Program-made: the position numbers and the translations under genes
In this document: piece after piece, positions 38,163 to 48,100 of the stretch
Position numbering within the stretch: the stretch's first letter is position 1
How the letters are laid out: the number at the start of each line of letters is the position of its first letter
The notes under the pieces: generated by a model
The model's database searches: none
What the model was told of the DNA's origin: nothing
The model's input: only the letters and a program-made list of their open reading frames with translations
Virus record (IMG/VR): IMGVR_UViG_3300044534_000090
Length of the DNA stretch: 64,000 nucleotides
Reading direction: 5' to 3' (one strand)
Source of the DNA: a virus

Positions 38163-39570
38163 GCGGCCGTCCTTCGGTCCGGCGGTGGCGCGGATCACGA
38201 AGGCGATCTTCGGGATGGACTTGTTCCCGTGGCAACGGTATGTGCTCGACGTCGCCCTGGAGGTGCTGCCTGACGGGTCGTGGGCCTACAACGAGGTGCA
38301 CGTTCTGGCGCCGAGGAGGAGCGGGAAGACTGCGATGGTGACGGGGCTGGTGGCTCACAGGTGTGGGCAGCCGCGGGAGGCGCGGGCGTTCATGACGGCG
38401 CAGTCGGGGGATGCTGCTCTGGCGCGGTGGGGTGATGTGTCTGGGCGGATCGTGCGCTCGGCGATGGGTGATCGGGTGAAGCGGAAGATATCGATCGGCC
38501 ACGAGGGCCTGGCGTGGCCAGGCAGTGGGTCGTTCTTCCGGCCGTTCACGCCGAAGGAGAACGCGATCCATGGTGATGAGCCGGATCTGGTGTTCGTGGA
38601 TGAGCTGTGGTGGTTCTCGATGGCCGACAAGTTGGCGTTGGAGGACGCCTGGGTGCCTGTGTTCAGTGTGAAGCCGGGGCAGGCGTGGCTTCTGTCTGCG
38701 GCCGGCACTAGCAGGTCGGAGTGGTTGAAGGACGCCAGGGAGAAGGGCCGGGCCGCGATCGAGCGCGACAGCGGCGAGGGCGTGGCTCACTTCGAGTGGG
38801 GGTTGCCTGAGGAGGTCGGCGGGGTGCGCACCTCGCTGTTGGAGGACGAGGAGCTCCTGGATCTGACGTTGGATGCTCATCCGCGGCGGGATCATGGGAT
38901 CCGGCGTGGCTTCTTGGAGTCGGAGCTCGCACAGTCCAGGTCGCGGTTCCTTCGCGCTTACGGCGGGCTGGATGCTGACGAGACGGCGTCGGAGACGGTG
39001 ATTGATGAGTTGCAGTGGGGGCGGGCGCGGACGCGGGAGCAGATCCCGGAGACGGCCCTGGTGGGCATCGGTGTGGGCGTGGATCAGGACGGGGTGGATT
39101 CGGCGATCACGGCGGCGTGGCGGCGGCCTGACGGGGTGGCGTTGACGGAGCAGATTGCGCACCGTCCTGGCACGCGGTGGGTGGCGCCGGCGGTTGAGCA
39201 GTTGGTGGCGGCGCATCATCCGGTGGCGGTGGCGATCAACCATGTGGGGCCGGGCAGGAATGTGGCCGACGAGCTGACAACGCACGGCGTGGAGCTGCTG
39301 AAGCTCGGCATGGGTGATTGGGGGTCGGCGTGCATCAGGTTCAAGTCTGGGGTGGAGGAGTCCCCAATTTCGGTGTCACATGACGGGCATCCTGACTTGG
39401 AGGATTCCATGCGCCATGCCGGGCTCCGGGAAACGAAGACTGGGCTGACGATGTGGGCGAAAACTTCGGAGGTGACCGTGACGGTGCTCGAATCGACCAC
39501 GGCGGCTGTGTGGGCCGCTGATCATCCTGGCGACGTCGAGCCCGTCAAGCCCACGTTCAGGATCTTCTGA
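38053..39570 (+). CDS. Terminase large subunit, phage Y (start uncertain)
   Basis: LFPWQ, Walker A APRRSGKT, Walker B FVDELW, LSAAGT. Confidence 0.9.
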   Translation: MQSMDSQTMTRLPMVGPVEWPSSWGPAPRWATRRRPERPSFGPAVARITKAIFGMDLFPWQRYVLDVALEVLPDGSWAYNEVHVLAPRRSGKTAMVTGLVAHRCGQPREARAFMTAQSGDAALARWGDVSGRIVRSAMGDRVKRKISIGHEGLAWPGSGSFFRPFTPKENAIHGDEPDLVFVDELWWFSMADKLALEDAWVPVFSVKPGQAWLLSAAGTSRSEWLKDAREKGRAAIERDSGEGVAHFEWGLPEEVGGVRTSLLEDEELLDLTLDAHPRRDHGIRRGFLESELAQSRSRFLRAYGGLDADETASETVIDELQWGRARTREQIPETALVGIGVGVDQDGVDSAITAAWRRPDGVALTEQIAHRPGTRWVAPAVEQLVAAHHPVAVAINHVGPGRNVADELTTHGVELLKLGMGDWGSACIRFKSGVEESPISVSHDGHPDLEDSMRHAGLRETKTGLTMWAKTSEVTVTVLESTTAAVWAADHPGDVEPVKPTFRIF

Positions 39571-40715
39571 TGGCGGTCTATCAGGTGGGGGGCCTGTCGG
39601 CGGATCAGGTGCGCACCCTGAACGTCGGGCCGGTGGGAGTGCTGACCGGGTGGACGATGGCCACGGATCCGGATCGTGCGAAGGGGATTCCCGAGGTTGC
39701 TCGGGCGCTGGGGATTGTGGCGTCGATGCCGGCGACGATGCCGATGAACGCGTGGGTGGGTGCGGCGCCGTCGCCGTGGCCGTGGATGATCCTGACCAGA
39801 CCTGATCCTGACGCTGAGACGGCCTGGTTCGTGGAGCAGAACTTCATGGACTGGTGGATCCACGGGAACGCGATCTCGCTGGTCACTTCGAGGAGTGAGG
39901 CGGGGTGGCCGTTGACGATGGCGTGGGTTCCGGCGCCGAGGGTGGCTGTCACTGAGGAGCCTGTCACCGGGGCCCCGATCTACTGGGTCGACGGCGTGCA
40001 GGTTCCGAGCTCCGATGTGATCCATGTGCGGCGGGGTGCGAACAGGTGGAACACGCTGATCGGCGTCGGTGTGGTGGAGCAGCACCTCGCGTCGCTGGGG
40101 AAGGTGGCCGACCAGGAGGCCTACGAGGCCCGGGTTCTGGACACGTCGGCCGTGCCGTCCGTGGCGATCGTGGTCCCGAACTCCGAACTCAGCCAGGAGG
40201 AGGCGGACGCGGCGAAGTCGTCGTGGATGGAGAAGTTCTCCGGGCCGACCAGGGCGCCGGCCGTCCTCCCGAACGGGACCGAGATTGTGAAGTTGGCGTG
40301 GTCGCCTGCCGATCAGGAGCTCTCCGAGGCGCGCAAACTGTCGCGGGTCGACGTGGCGAACATGTTCAACCTGGATTCGTTCTGGTTGGGCGGCGAGACG
40401 GCCGGCATGACCTACAAATCGCCGGGGCCGATGTTCTTGATGCTGATGCGGCAGACCCTCGGCTTGATGATCTCCCAGTTCGAGCAGGCGTGGGGGAAGG
40501 CGTGGCTGCCACCTGGCACTGACCTTCGGTTCGATCGTCAGGCGCTGCTGGGTGATGACATGCCGACGACGGTCGCGTTCCTGGCCCAGGCCGTGAGTTC
40601 CAAGATCCTGACCCGGAATGAGGCCAGGTCGTATCTGGGGAAGGCGCCGGTGGATGGCGGCGATGAGTTCGATGATCAGCCGGCGGCGCCGGTGGCACAG
40701 GAGGTTCAGGCATGA
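39570..40715 (+). CDS. Portal protein (HK97-like)
   Basis: GNAI, DVIHVR, GVGVVE, ILTRNEARSYLG..P..GGD. Confidence 0.9.
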   Translation: MAVYQVGGLSADQVRTLNVGPVGVLTGWTMATDPDRAKGIPEVARALGIVASMPATMPMNAWVGAAPSPWPWMILTRPDPDAETAWFVEQNFMDWWIHGNAISLVTSRSEAGWPLTMAWVPAPRVAVTEEPVTGAPIYWVDGVQVPSSDVIHVRRGANRWNTLIGVGVVEQHLASLGKVADQEAYEARVLDTSAVPSVAIVVPNSELSQEEADAAKSSWMEKFSGPTRAPAVLPNGTEIVKLAWSPADQELSEARKLSRVDVANMFNLDSFWLGGETAGMTYKSPGPMFLMLMRQTLGLMISQFEQAWGKAWLPPGTDLRFDRQALLGDDMPTTVAFLAQAVSSKILTRNEARSYLGKAPVDGGDEFDDQPAAPVAQEVQA

Positions 40716-41347
40716 GTGACGTGGTGACGCTGCGGGCTCCCGAGGTGAGGACCTCGACGGTGGCTCTGAAGCTTGTCGACATGGAAAACGATGGCCGGAC
40801 GATCAGCGGACGTGCGGTGCCATACAACACGTTCGCGTCGATCGGCTGGTTCGCGGAGCAGCACGCGCCGAAGTCGTTCGCGAAGAGCATCAGGGAGGCT
40901 GCGCGGAAGCTTCCGCTGCTGCTGTGGCACAACAACGCGTCCTTCCCGGTTGGGGTGTCGGAGGAGTGGGATGACAACGACAACGGGCTGGACTGCACGT
41001 GGCGCATGGATTCCTCGGAGGAGGCCGAGCGTGCCGCTGACCTGGCCGAGAAGGGAATGCTGACCGGGTTGAGTATTGGCTTCGCGCCGATCCGTAGCGA
41101 GTGGGAGTACGTGCCGGATGAGGACTGGGACCCTAACCGCGGCGTGGACGGCATGGACAAGGTGACTCGTCTGGAGTCGCGACTCCTCGAGGTCAGTCTC
41201 ACCCCGACGCCCGCGTTCGCGGGCGCGAAGGTTTCCCAGGTTCGATCGCGGGAGCAGCGCCGCGAGATGCCGAATCACGAGCTCGTGTTCCCGAAGCGGG
41301 AGGCGTGGGCGCAGTGGCTGGCAGCGAATCGGAGGAGCGCATCATGA
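40712..41347 (+). CDS. HK97-type prohead protease
   Basis: ISGRAVPYN, LLLWHN, GLSIGF, LLEVSLTPTPAF. Confidence 0.9.
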   Translation: MSDVVTLRAPEVRTSTVALKLVDMENDGRTISGRAVPYNTFASIGWFAEQHAPKSFAKSIREAARKLPLLLWHNNASFPVGVSEEWDDNDNGLDCTWRMDSSEEAERAADLAEKGMLTGLSIGFAPIRSEWEYVPDEDWDPNRGVDGMDKVTRLESRLLEVSLTPTPAFAGAKVSQVRSREQRREMPNHELVFPKREAWAQWLAANRRSAS

Positions 41348-41601
41348 TGCAGCTTCCGTCTCCGGCTGATCTGGCGTCGCTGCGCGCCTCGATCAACGCG
41401 ATGATCTCCGGACATCTCACCGCCGAGGTTGAGGAACCTGATCCGCGTCCTGAGCGGGCTGAACCTGAGCATGCCGACGGTGAGGGAATTTCAGGGCGGC
41501 AGGATGCCAGCATGAATGACCAGAAGGGCCAAGGCTCTTCTGCTCCCCGCCGGAGACGAACCACAACAACCCGGAGCAAGGCATCACGGGCCACCAGTTG
41601 A
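41344..41601 (+). CDS. Possible small ORF / MCP leader region
   Basis: ATGA coupled; low-complexity tail; may be partly a non-coding leader. Confidence 0.3.
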   Translation: MMQLPSPADLASLRASINAMISGHLTAEVEEPDPRPERAEPEHADGEGISGRQDASMNDQKGQGSSAPRRRRTTTTRSKASRATS

Positions 41602-41671
41602 TGTGGGGGATGGGCCACCACGGAGGAGCGAACACAGTCACTGTTCGCACCCCCTGGAGAGGTGGTTCATC

Positions 41672-42985
41672 ATGGGAAACCCGGTCCTTGAGCGGCTGCT
41701 CAATCAGCGCTCCGAGCAGGAGGAGTTCATCTCCCAGCTGCTCGACAAGGCCAATGAGGAAGACCGCGACCTGGTCGACGCCGAGCTGAAGAACGTCGAG
41801 AGCGCCCGTCAGCGGATGGCGGAGATTGACGAGCAGGTCAAGCCGCTGGAGGCGTTCGAGGAGACTCGCGCCGCCCATCAGGTTCGCAAGCCGGCCGCGC
41901 AGGCCAGGCAGCCGCGTGGCGATGGTGAGCAGCGCAGGCTGTCCATCGAGCCCCGCGAGCAGGCCTACAAGACTCCCGGCCAGTTCATCACCGACTACAT
42001 TCGGGCGGTCGGCTACGCCGGCGCCCAGGTCGCCCCATCCCCGGATGCGCAGCAGCGCGTCTCGGCCGCGCTAGGACGTGATGTGATGGCCCTGCAGCGT
42101 GCCGTCAACGATGTGGGCGCCGGTGAGCATCAGACCACCGCCGATACCCCTGGGCTTCTGCCGTCCTCGATCGTCGGTGAGATCCTCAATGATCTGGATG
42201 GGGCCCGCCCGTTCGTGTCCTCGATCGGGGCGAAGCCGCTGGCCGGTATCGCCGGGAAGAGTTTCGAGCGGCCGCACATCACCGGTCACACGAAGACTGC
42301 CGAGCAGACCGCCGAGAAGGGTGAGCTGATCTCTTCGGATCTGAAGATCGAGGGTGTCCCGTTCACGAAGCACACCTTCGGCGGGTTCGTGAACATCTCC
42401 AGGCAGGACATCGACTGGACCTCGCCCAGTGCGTGGGATTCGGTGATCGGTGACCTGCAGGTCATCTATGGCACCGATACCGAGGATTGGGCTGCTGGCC
42501 AGTTCTCGACTGCTGTCACGCAGTCGGAGACGGTGGCCGCCGACGATCTGGCCGGATGGGTCAAGGGCCTGTACAGCGCAGCTGTGAAGGCCATGACTGG
42601 CAACGGCACCAAGCGTGCCTCCTCGCTGCGTCTGGTCAACACGATCTGGACGTCGGTGGACATGTGGGCCTCGCTGGGGACTCTCCTGACCATGGCGAAC
42701 GTCACTGCCGCCACCAACGAGAACCCGGGCGCTGCCCGCGTCTCTGGGTTCGAGGGGTCGATCCTCGATATCCCCCGCATCATGGTTCCCGGACTTCCTG
42801 CCGGCACCGTGATCCTCGGACGCTCGAACCTGGCCGAGTTCTACGAAGAGAGGATCGGCTTGCTGCAGGCGATCGAGCCGAAGGTCTTCGGGATCGGGGT
42901 CTCCTATGGCGGCTACGCGGCCACCGGGGTCCTCGACGCATCGGCGTTCTGCAAGATGTCCGTCGCTGGGACTGCCGGCGGCTGA
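41672..42985 (+). CDS. Major capsid protein (HK97 fold with delta domain), phage Y
   Basis: RBS GGAGAGG; coiled-coil N-terminus; GLLPSSIVGEI, EKGE, GGFVNISRQ. Confidence 0.9.
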   Translation: MGNPVLERLLNQRSEQEEFISQLLDKANEEDRDLVDAELKNVESARQRMAEIDEQVKPLEAFEETRAAHQVRKPAAQARQPRGDGEQRRLSIEPREQAYKTPGQFITDYIRAVGYAGAQVAPSPDAQQRVSAALGRDVMALQRAVNDVGAGEHQTTADTPGLLPSSIVGEILNDLDGARPFVSSIGAKPLAGIAGKSFERPHITGHTKTAEQTAEKGELISSDLKIEGVPFTKHTFGGFVNISRQDIDWTSPSAWDSVIGDLQVIYGTDTEDWAAGQFSTAVTQSETVAADDLAGWVKGLYSAAVKAMTGNGTKRASSLRLVNTIWTSVDMWASLGTLLTMANVTAATNENPGAARVSGFEGSILDIPRIMVPGLPAGTVILGRSNLAEFYEERIGLLQAIEPKVFGIGVSYGGYAATGVLDASAFCKMSVAGTAGG

Positions 42986-42999
42986 CCGGGGCTGGCGTC

Positions 43000-43314
43000 G
43001 TGTCTGAGATCACCGTTCTGGACCAGATTAGTCCGGACTTCGCCACCCATGATCAGGCTCTTGTGGCTGCGTCATGGGCGGCGGCGGACGCCTGGGTTGC
43101 GGCCCGGATTCGGTTCCGTCCTGAGCAGGCCGGTGTGGATGTTCCTGGTGACTTGGTGAAGGCGGTCAGTCTGCTGACGGCCCGCTACCTGGCCCGTAGG
43201 AACAGCCCGGATGGGTTCATCGGGATGGGCGAGTTCGGGCCGGCCAGGGTGCCGATCAACGACCGCGACGTCAACAGCCTGATCGCACCCTATCGGCGGG
43301 TGGTGTTCGGATGA
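43000..43314 (+). CDS. Head-tail connector (gp6-like)
   Basis: LVKAVSLLTARYLARR.SP.G...DRDV..LIAPYR. Confidence 0.75.
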   Translation: MSEITVLDQISPDFATHDQALVAASWAAADAWVAARIRFRPEQAGVDVPGDLVKAVSLLTARYLARRNSPDGFIGMGEFGPARVPINDRDVNSLIAPYRRVVFG

Positions 43315-43715
43315 TCACCCCCGCCATCGTCCGCCAGGCCGTCGGGAACGCGCTTGAGGGCGTCTCGGCGACCGTGGTGGCCGCCGGTGTGGTGGATGGT
43401 CTGCCGGTGCTGCCGGCCATCGTGGTGGGGATGCCGTCCTGGGATCACCGGGAGGGCACGTTCTGCCTCGATGAGTGGACGGTCCCCGTCGCCGTGGTCG
43501 CCGCGGCCGCGGGCACCTCACCCACCGCCGAACTGGCGCAGCTGGAGGAGCTGTGGCCCCAGGTCGCCGCCCATCTCATCGGTGCCTGTGAGGCGGACCA
43601 GACCCTCGGCGGGCTGGTCTCCAACTGCGGCGTGAAGGGTTCAGAATTCGGAAGCTACGACGTTCAGGGTCAGTCATTCCCGTGCGTCATTATCAATATC
43701 GAGATTATTGGATAA
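43311..43715 (+). CDS. Tail terminator-like protein
   Basis: Position; DQTLGGLV motif. Confidence 0.6.
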   Translation: MITPAIVRQAVGNALEGVSATVVAAGVVDGLPVLPAIVVGMPSWDHREGTFCLDEWTVPVAVVAAAAGTSPTAELAQLEELWPQVAAHLIGACEADQTLGGLVSNCGVKGSEFGSYDVQGQSFPCVIINIEIIG

Positions 43716-43727
43716 CCGGGAGGAATC

Positions 43728-44165
43728 ATGGCTTTCGAGCCGACATATCTCAAGAATGTGGACCTCATCATCGGGGTGGAGGCCACCGGAACCAACTTCA
43801 AGTGCCAGGTGCAGAGTGTGAAGCTGACCCCTGACGCGGACACTTCCACCGAGAAGGCGCTGTGCCCCGAAGGGGTCTATTCCGAGGTCGATGACCCGGA
43901 GTGGACGCTGGAGGTCGGCTATCTGGCCGGCCGGGACAAGGAGGACGCCACCAAGGCGCTCTCCGAGTTCATGCGGGTGAATCACGGCAAGACGATGCCG
44001 TTCACCTTCCGGCCGTACACCGGTGAGCCTGAGGGCGGCTTCTCCGGTGTGATCCGCTGCATGGCGACCGAGTTCGGCGGTGAGCAGGGGTCCTTCTCGA
44101 AGGTGTCCGCGAAGCTGCCGGTCATCGGGCAGCCGACGCCGCTGGCAACCACCACTGAGCCGTGA
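43728..44165 (+). CDS. Major tail protein, phage Y
   Basis: 145 aa; FKCQVQSVKLTP...LPVIGQP. Confidence 0.75.
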   Translation: MAFEPTYLKNVDLIIGVEATGTNFKCQVQSVKLTPDADTSTEKALCPEGVYSEVDDPEWTLEVGYLAGRDKEDATKALSEFMRVNHGKTMPFTFRPYTGEPEGGFSGVIRCMATEFGGEQGSFSKVSAKLPVIGQPTPLATTTEP

Positions 44166-44182
44166 GAAAGGACTGCTGACTG

Positions 44183-44536
44183 ATGAGCAAGAAGCTTGTT
44201 TCCGTCTCCCCGACTGGGGCATTCGAGGTCGATCTTGATGACGGCCGCACCCTGTCGGGGAAGTCGAAGCTGATCGACGTCGTCAAGTGGGAGAGGCAGC
44301 ACAAGAAGGGTTTCCTCGCGGGCGGCGATCTGTCGTTCCAGAAGATGCTGTGGGTGGCGTATTCCGCGCTGAAGCGTGGCGACGATCAGATTCCTGACAT
44401 CAACACTGCTGACAGTTTCATCGACAAAGTTGAGGACCTCCGCCAGGAGGGCCCCGACGACGCCGATGAGGACGAGTCGGACGGTGATGAGGGTGTGGAG
44501 CTCCCAAACCTTGGTCAGGCGGATACAGCCGTCTGA
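44183..44536 (+). CDS. Tail assembly chaperone G
   Basis: Position; contains in-frame C CCA AAC. Confidence 0.75.
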   Translation: MSKKLVSVSPTGAFEVDLDDGRTLSGKSKLIDVVKWERQHKKGFLAGGDLSFQKMLWVAYSALKRGDDQIPDINTADSFIDKVEDLRQEGPDDADEDESDGDEGVELPNLGQADTAV

Positions 44537-44658
44537 TCTGTGAGCTGGCGGTCGCCACGCATCGGCTCCCCTCGGAGTGGGCCGAGGAGGATCCCGCCGA
44601 CGTGGCGACCGTCATCGCAATCCTGCAGGAGCAGGCCGAGGACATGGAGAAGGGGTGA
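44503..44658 (+). CDS. Tail assembly chaperone GT extension via -1 frameshift
   Basis: CCCAAAC 44503-44509; -1 frame gives ...YSRLICELAVATHRLPSEWAEEDPADVATVIAILQEQ to TGA 44658. Confidence 0.7.
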   Translation, partial: PKPWSGGYSRLICELAVATHRLPSEWAEEDPADVATVIAILQEQAEDMEKG

Positions 44659-44664
44659 GCCGAG

Positions 44665-45120
44665 GTGGCCGATCAGTTCTCGTTGCACATCAATGTGGAG
44701 GGTCTTCCGAAGATCCTCCGCTCGCTGCGCGGCATGCCCAGAGAGATCTCGACCGATGTCCGGAAGGCTTCGAAGAAGATCGCCCAGGACGAGGTCGTCA
44801 GGATCCGTGTGACGGCCGCGTCCCACGGTGCGCAGGCTGTGCGGTCGGCGTCGAAGATCCGCGCCAGGTCGGATCGTGTTCCGACGATCAAGGCGGCCGG
44901 ATCATCCCCACTGTTCAAGAAGGGTGTGCCGACCGGGCAAGTGTTCTTCGGCGCCGAGTTCGGCTCCCACCGAGGGAAGACGACCCGGCAGTTCAAGTCC
45001 TACACGCAGCACGAGGGCTACTGGTTCTGGCCGACGTTGCGGCGTGACACCCCGATGATGATCGACGCCTGGATGGCTGTCATCGACCGTGCGATCTCCC
45101 GGTGGGAGGCGGGCTCCTGA
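44665..45120 (+). CDS. HK97 gp10-like tail component
   Basis: INVEGLPKILRSL, FGAEFG, YWFWPT. Confidence 0.7.
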   Translation: MADQFSLHINVEGLPKILRSLRGMPREISTDVRKASKKIAQDEVVRIRVTAASHGAQAVRSASKIRARSDRVPTIKAAGSSPLFKKGVPTGQVFFGAEFGSHRGKTTRQFKSYTQHEGYWFWPTLRRDTPMMIDAWMAVIDRAISRWEAGS

Positions 45121-48100
45121 TGGCCGGGGGTGGTAAGGGCCGCTCGATGGTGGTCAAGTTCGAGGCCCGCACCGCGGGGCTTCGGAAGCAGGTGGGGCAG
45201 GCTGAGGGGATCCTGACCCGATTCCAGAAGACCACCAGCCGTGTGGGTGCCGGCATGAAGGCGGCCGTCATGTCGGCCGGCGGCATGGTGGCCGGAGTGA
45301 CCGGGGTGGGTGCTGCTGCGACGGCCGCCGCGAAGGGCGCGATGGACTTCGAGGCGCAGGTCTCGAAGGTCCGGGCCACCGGGGAGGCGACCGAGCCGCA
45401 GCTGAAGGCCCTCGAGGCCCAGGCCATGAAGATGGGCAAGACGTTCGGCGTCTCGGCCACCGATGCGATGCAATCGGTGGAGGCCCTGGCGAAGGCCGGC
45501 GTCTCCACCCAGGACATCATGGGCGGCGGCCTGACCGGAGCCCTATCCCTGGCGGCCGCGGGTGAGATGGACGTCGGAGAGTCCGCTGAGACCGCGAGCT
45601 CGGCGATGGCGCAGTTCGGGCTGAAGGGCAAGGACGTCGGCCACATCGCGGACGTGCTGGCGCAGGGCGCCAACCTGGCGCAGGGCGGTGTCTCAGAGCT
45701 CAGCCAGGCGCTGAGCCAGGGCGGCATGGTGGCTTCCCAGATGGGCATGTCCCTGGATCAGACGGTGGGCGTGCTCGCCGAGTTCGCCAATAAGGGCCTG
45801 ATGGGGTCGGATGCCGGCACGTCGCTCAAGTCGATGCTGCAGCGGCTGTCGAATCCTGCGGCTGATGCGAAGCGGCAGATGGAGAAGCTGGGCATCGCCG
45901 CGTATGACTCCTCTGGCAAGTTCGTCGGGCTGTCGAATTTCGCGGGGCAGCTGCAGACGTCCATGTCCAAGCTGACACCGGCTCAGCGCGACGCGGCCAT
46001 GTCAACCATCTTCGGCAGCGATGCAGTGAGAGCCGCGTCCATCCTCTATACGGACGGTGCGAAAGGCGTAGCGAAGTGGACGAAGGACGTCGGGAAGTCC
46101 GGGGCGGCCATGGAGACGGCCCGGGTCAACACGGACAATCTGAAGGGCGACCTCGACAAGGCGAAGGCCAGCTTTCAGGACGCGTTCATCACGATGGGCA
46201 AGTCCAGCCAGTCACCGCTTAGGACGGTGGTGCAGGGGTTCTCATCGATCGCCGACAAGGCTCCGGCCGCTGCGACGAAGGTGCAGCAGGCCACATCGGC
46301 ATTCGGTGCGGCGTTCCAGGCTGCTGACGGGGACATCACCTCGAGTGGGTTCAACGGTGTGATGGAGGCCATCGGTGGCGGGCTCGGTCAGATGAAGAAC
46401 GGGGCCGTTGCCGTGTGGCAGGCCCTGGGCCCGCTGATCGTGGGGATCGTGAAGCTGGTGGGCGGCGCGGCCCTTGGCGCGCTGGCCGGGATCTTCCGTG
46501 TGCTGGGTCCGCTGTTCCAGTCGGTGGGGCAATTCATCCAGCGCCACGCCGTTCTGTTCCAGTCGCTGGCGGCTGCCGCTCTGGCCGGCGCCGCGGCGCT
46601 GAAGGGTGTGAAGGTCGCTCTGGCGATCGGGGCGGCCGCGCAGAAGTTCGCGACCGGGCTGAAGACGATCGGCACGGCGCTGAAGTTCCTGCCGGGCACC
46701 ATCAAGCTGGTCCGGGTCGCCATGGTTCAGATGAACATGGCATGGCTGGCGTCTCCGATCACGTGGGTGATCGTGGGGATCGCCGCCCTGGTGGCCGCGT
46801 TCGTCGTCGCCTACAAGAAGAGCGAGACGTTCCGGCGGATCGTCAACGCGGCGCTGAATGGCGTGAAGGCTGCCGCGCTGGCTGTGGGCCGGTGGTTCTC
46901 GGGCCCGTTCGCCGACTTCTTCAAGAAGGGCTGGGAAGGGGCGACCGGCGCGTTCGACGCCGTGAAGAGCTTCTTCACCACCACCGTGCCGAACTTCTTC
47001 ATCGGGGCGTGGAATGGCATCAAGGGTGCTTTCCAGACCGGCATCGACGTCGTGGTGAACTTCGTCAAAGCGTATTGGCCCATCCTGCTGTCGGTGATCA
47101 TCGGGCCGTTGGGTCTGCTGATCGGCGCCGTGGTTCGTCACTGGGATCAGATCAAGGCGGCCTTCTCGACGGCCATCGATGCCATCAAGGGCGTCCTGAC
47201 TGGCTTGTGGACGGCCCTGACGAACTCCTGGGCGTTCCAGGCGATGCAGTCCCTGTTCCTGACCGGGTTCGCGATCATCCGCTGGGTTGTCGTGAACTTC
47301 GTCAACGGTGTGAAGATCGTCTGGTCGGCATTCTGGACGGGGCTGACCACGGTCGCCTCCGCCGTGTGGGGCGGCATCAAGACGGTGGTGATGGCCGGGG
47401 TCAACGCTGTCCGGAATGTCATCGTGCCGGTGATCAACGGGATTCGCGCTGTCTGGTCGGTGGTGTGGGGCGCGATCTCCGGATTCTTCGTCGGGGTGTG
47501 GAACCGCATCTACGCGGTCGTGGCGTTGAAGATCGCCCAGGTGCACATGGTGATCGTCCGCGTCACCAACATTATCCGGGCCGTGTGGGGGGTCGCCTGG
47601 GGCTGGATCTCCACCCGGGTCTCCACGATCTTCAACAACATTCACCACAACATCTCGGTCAAGATGTTGCAGGTGCAGATGGTCATCACCCGCGTGATGA
47701 ACATCATCAAGGCGGTCTGGTCTGTCGGCTGGAATGCGGTGAAGGCGACGGGCACCAGGGTGATGAACTCGGTGAAGTCGTCGTTCGACCTGATCCTGGG
47801 CGGGATCAAGGGTGCCTTCACGAACACGGTGTCGGCGATCGGCAAGATCTGGGGTGGGATCAAGCATACGGTCGGGGCGCCGATCACGTTCGTGGTGGAC
47901 AAGATCATCAACAACGGGATCATCGCGGCTATCAGGAAGGTGCAGCACTTCTTCGGGCTGACGGGGAAGCAGCAGATGCCGAATCTGAAAGTGCCGAAGT
48001 TCCGCAACGGCGGCACCGTGGATGCCCCGTTCCACTCGGCTGAGCGTGACGATCTGCTCGGGTTCACTCCGCACGGGGTGGTGCGCCTGGAGGGCGGGGA

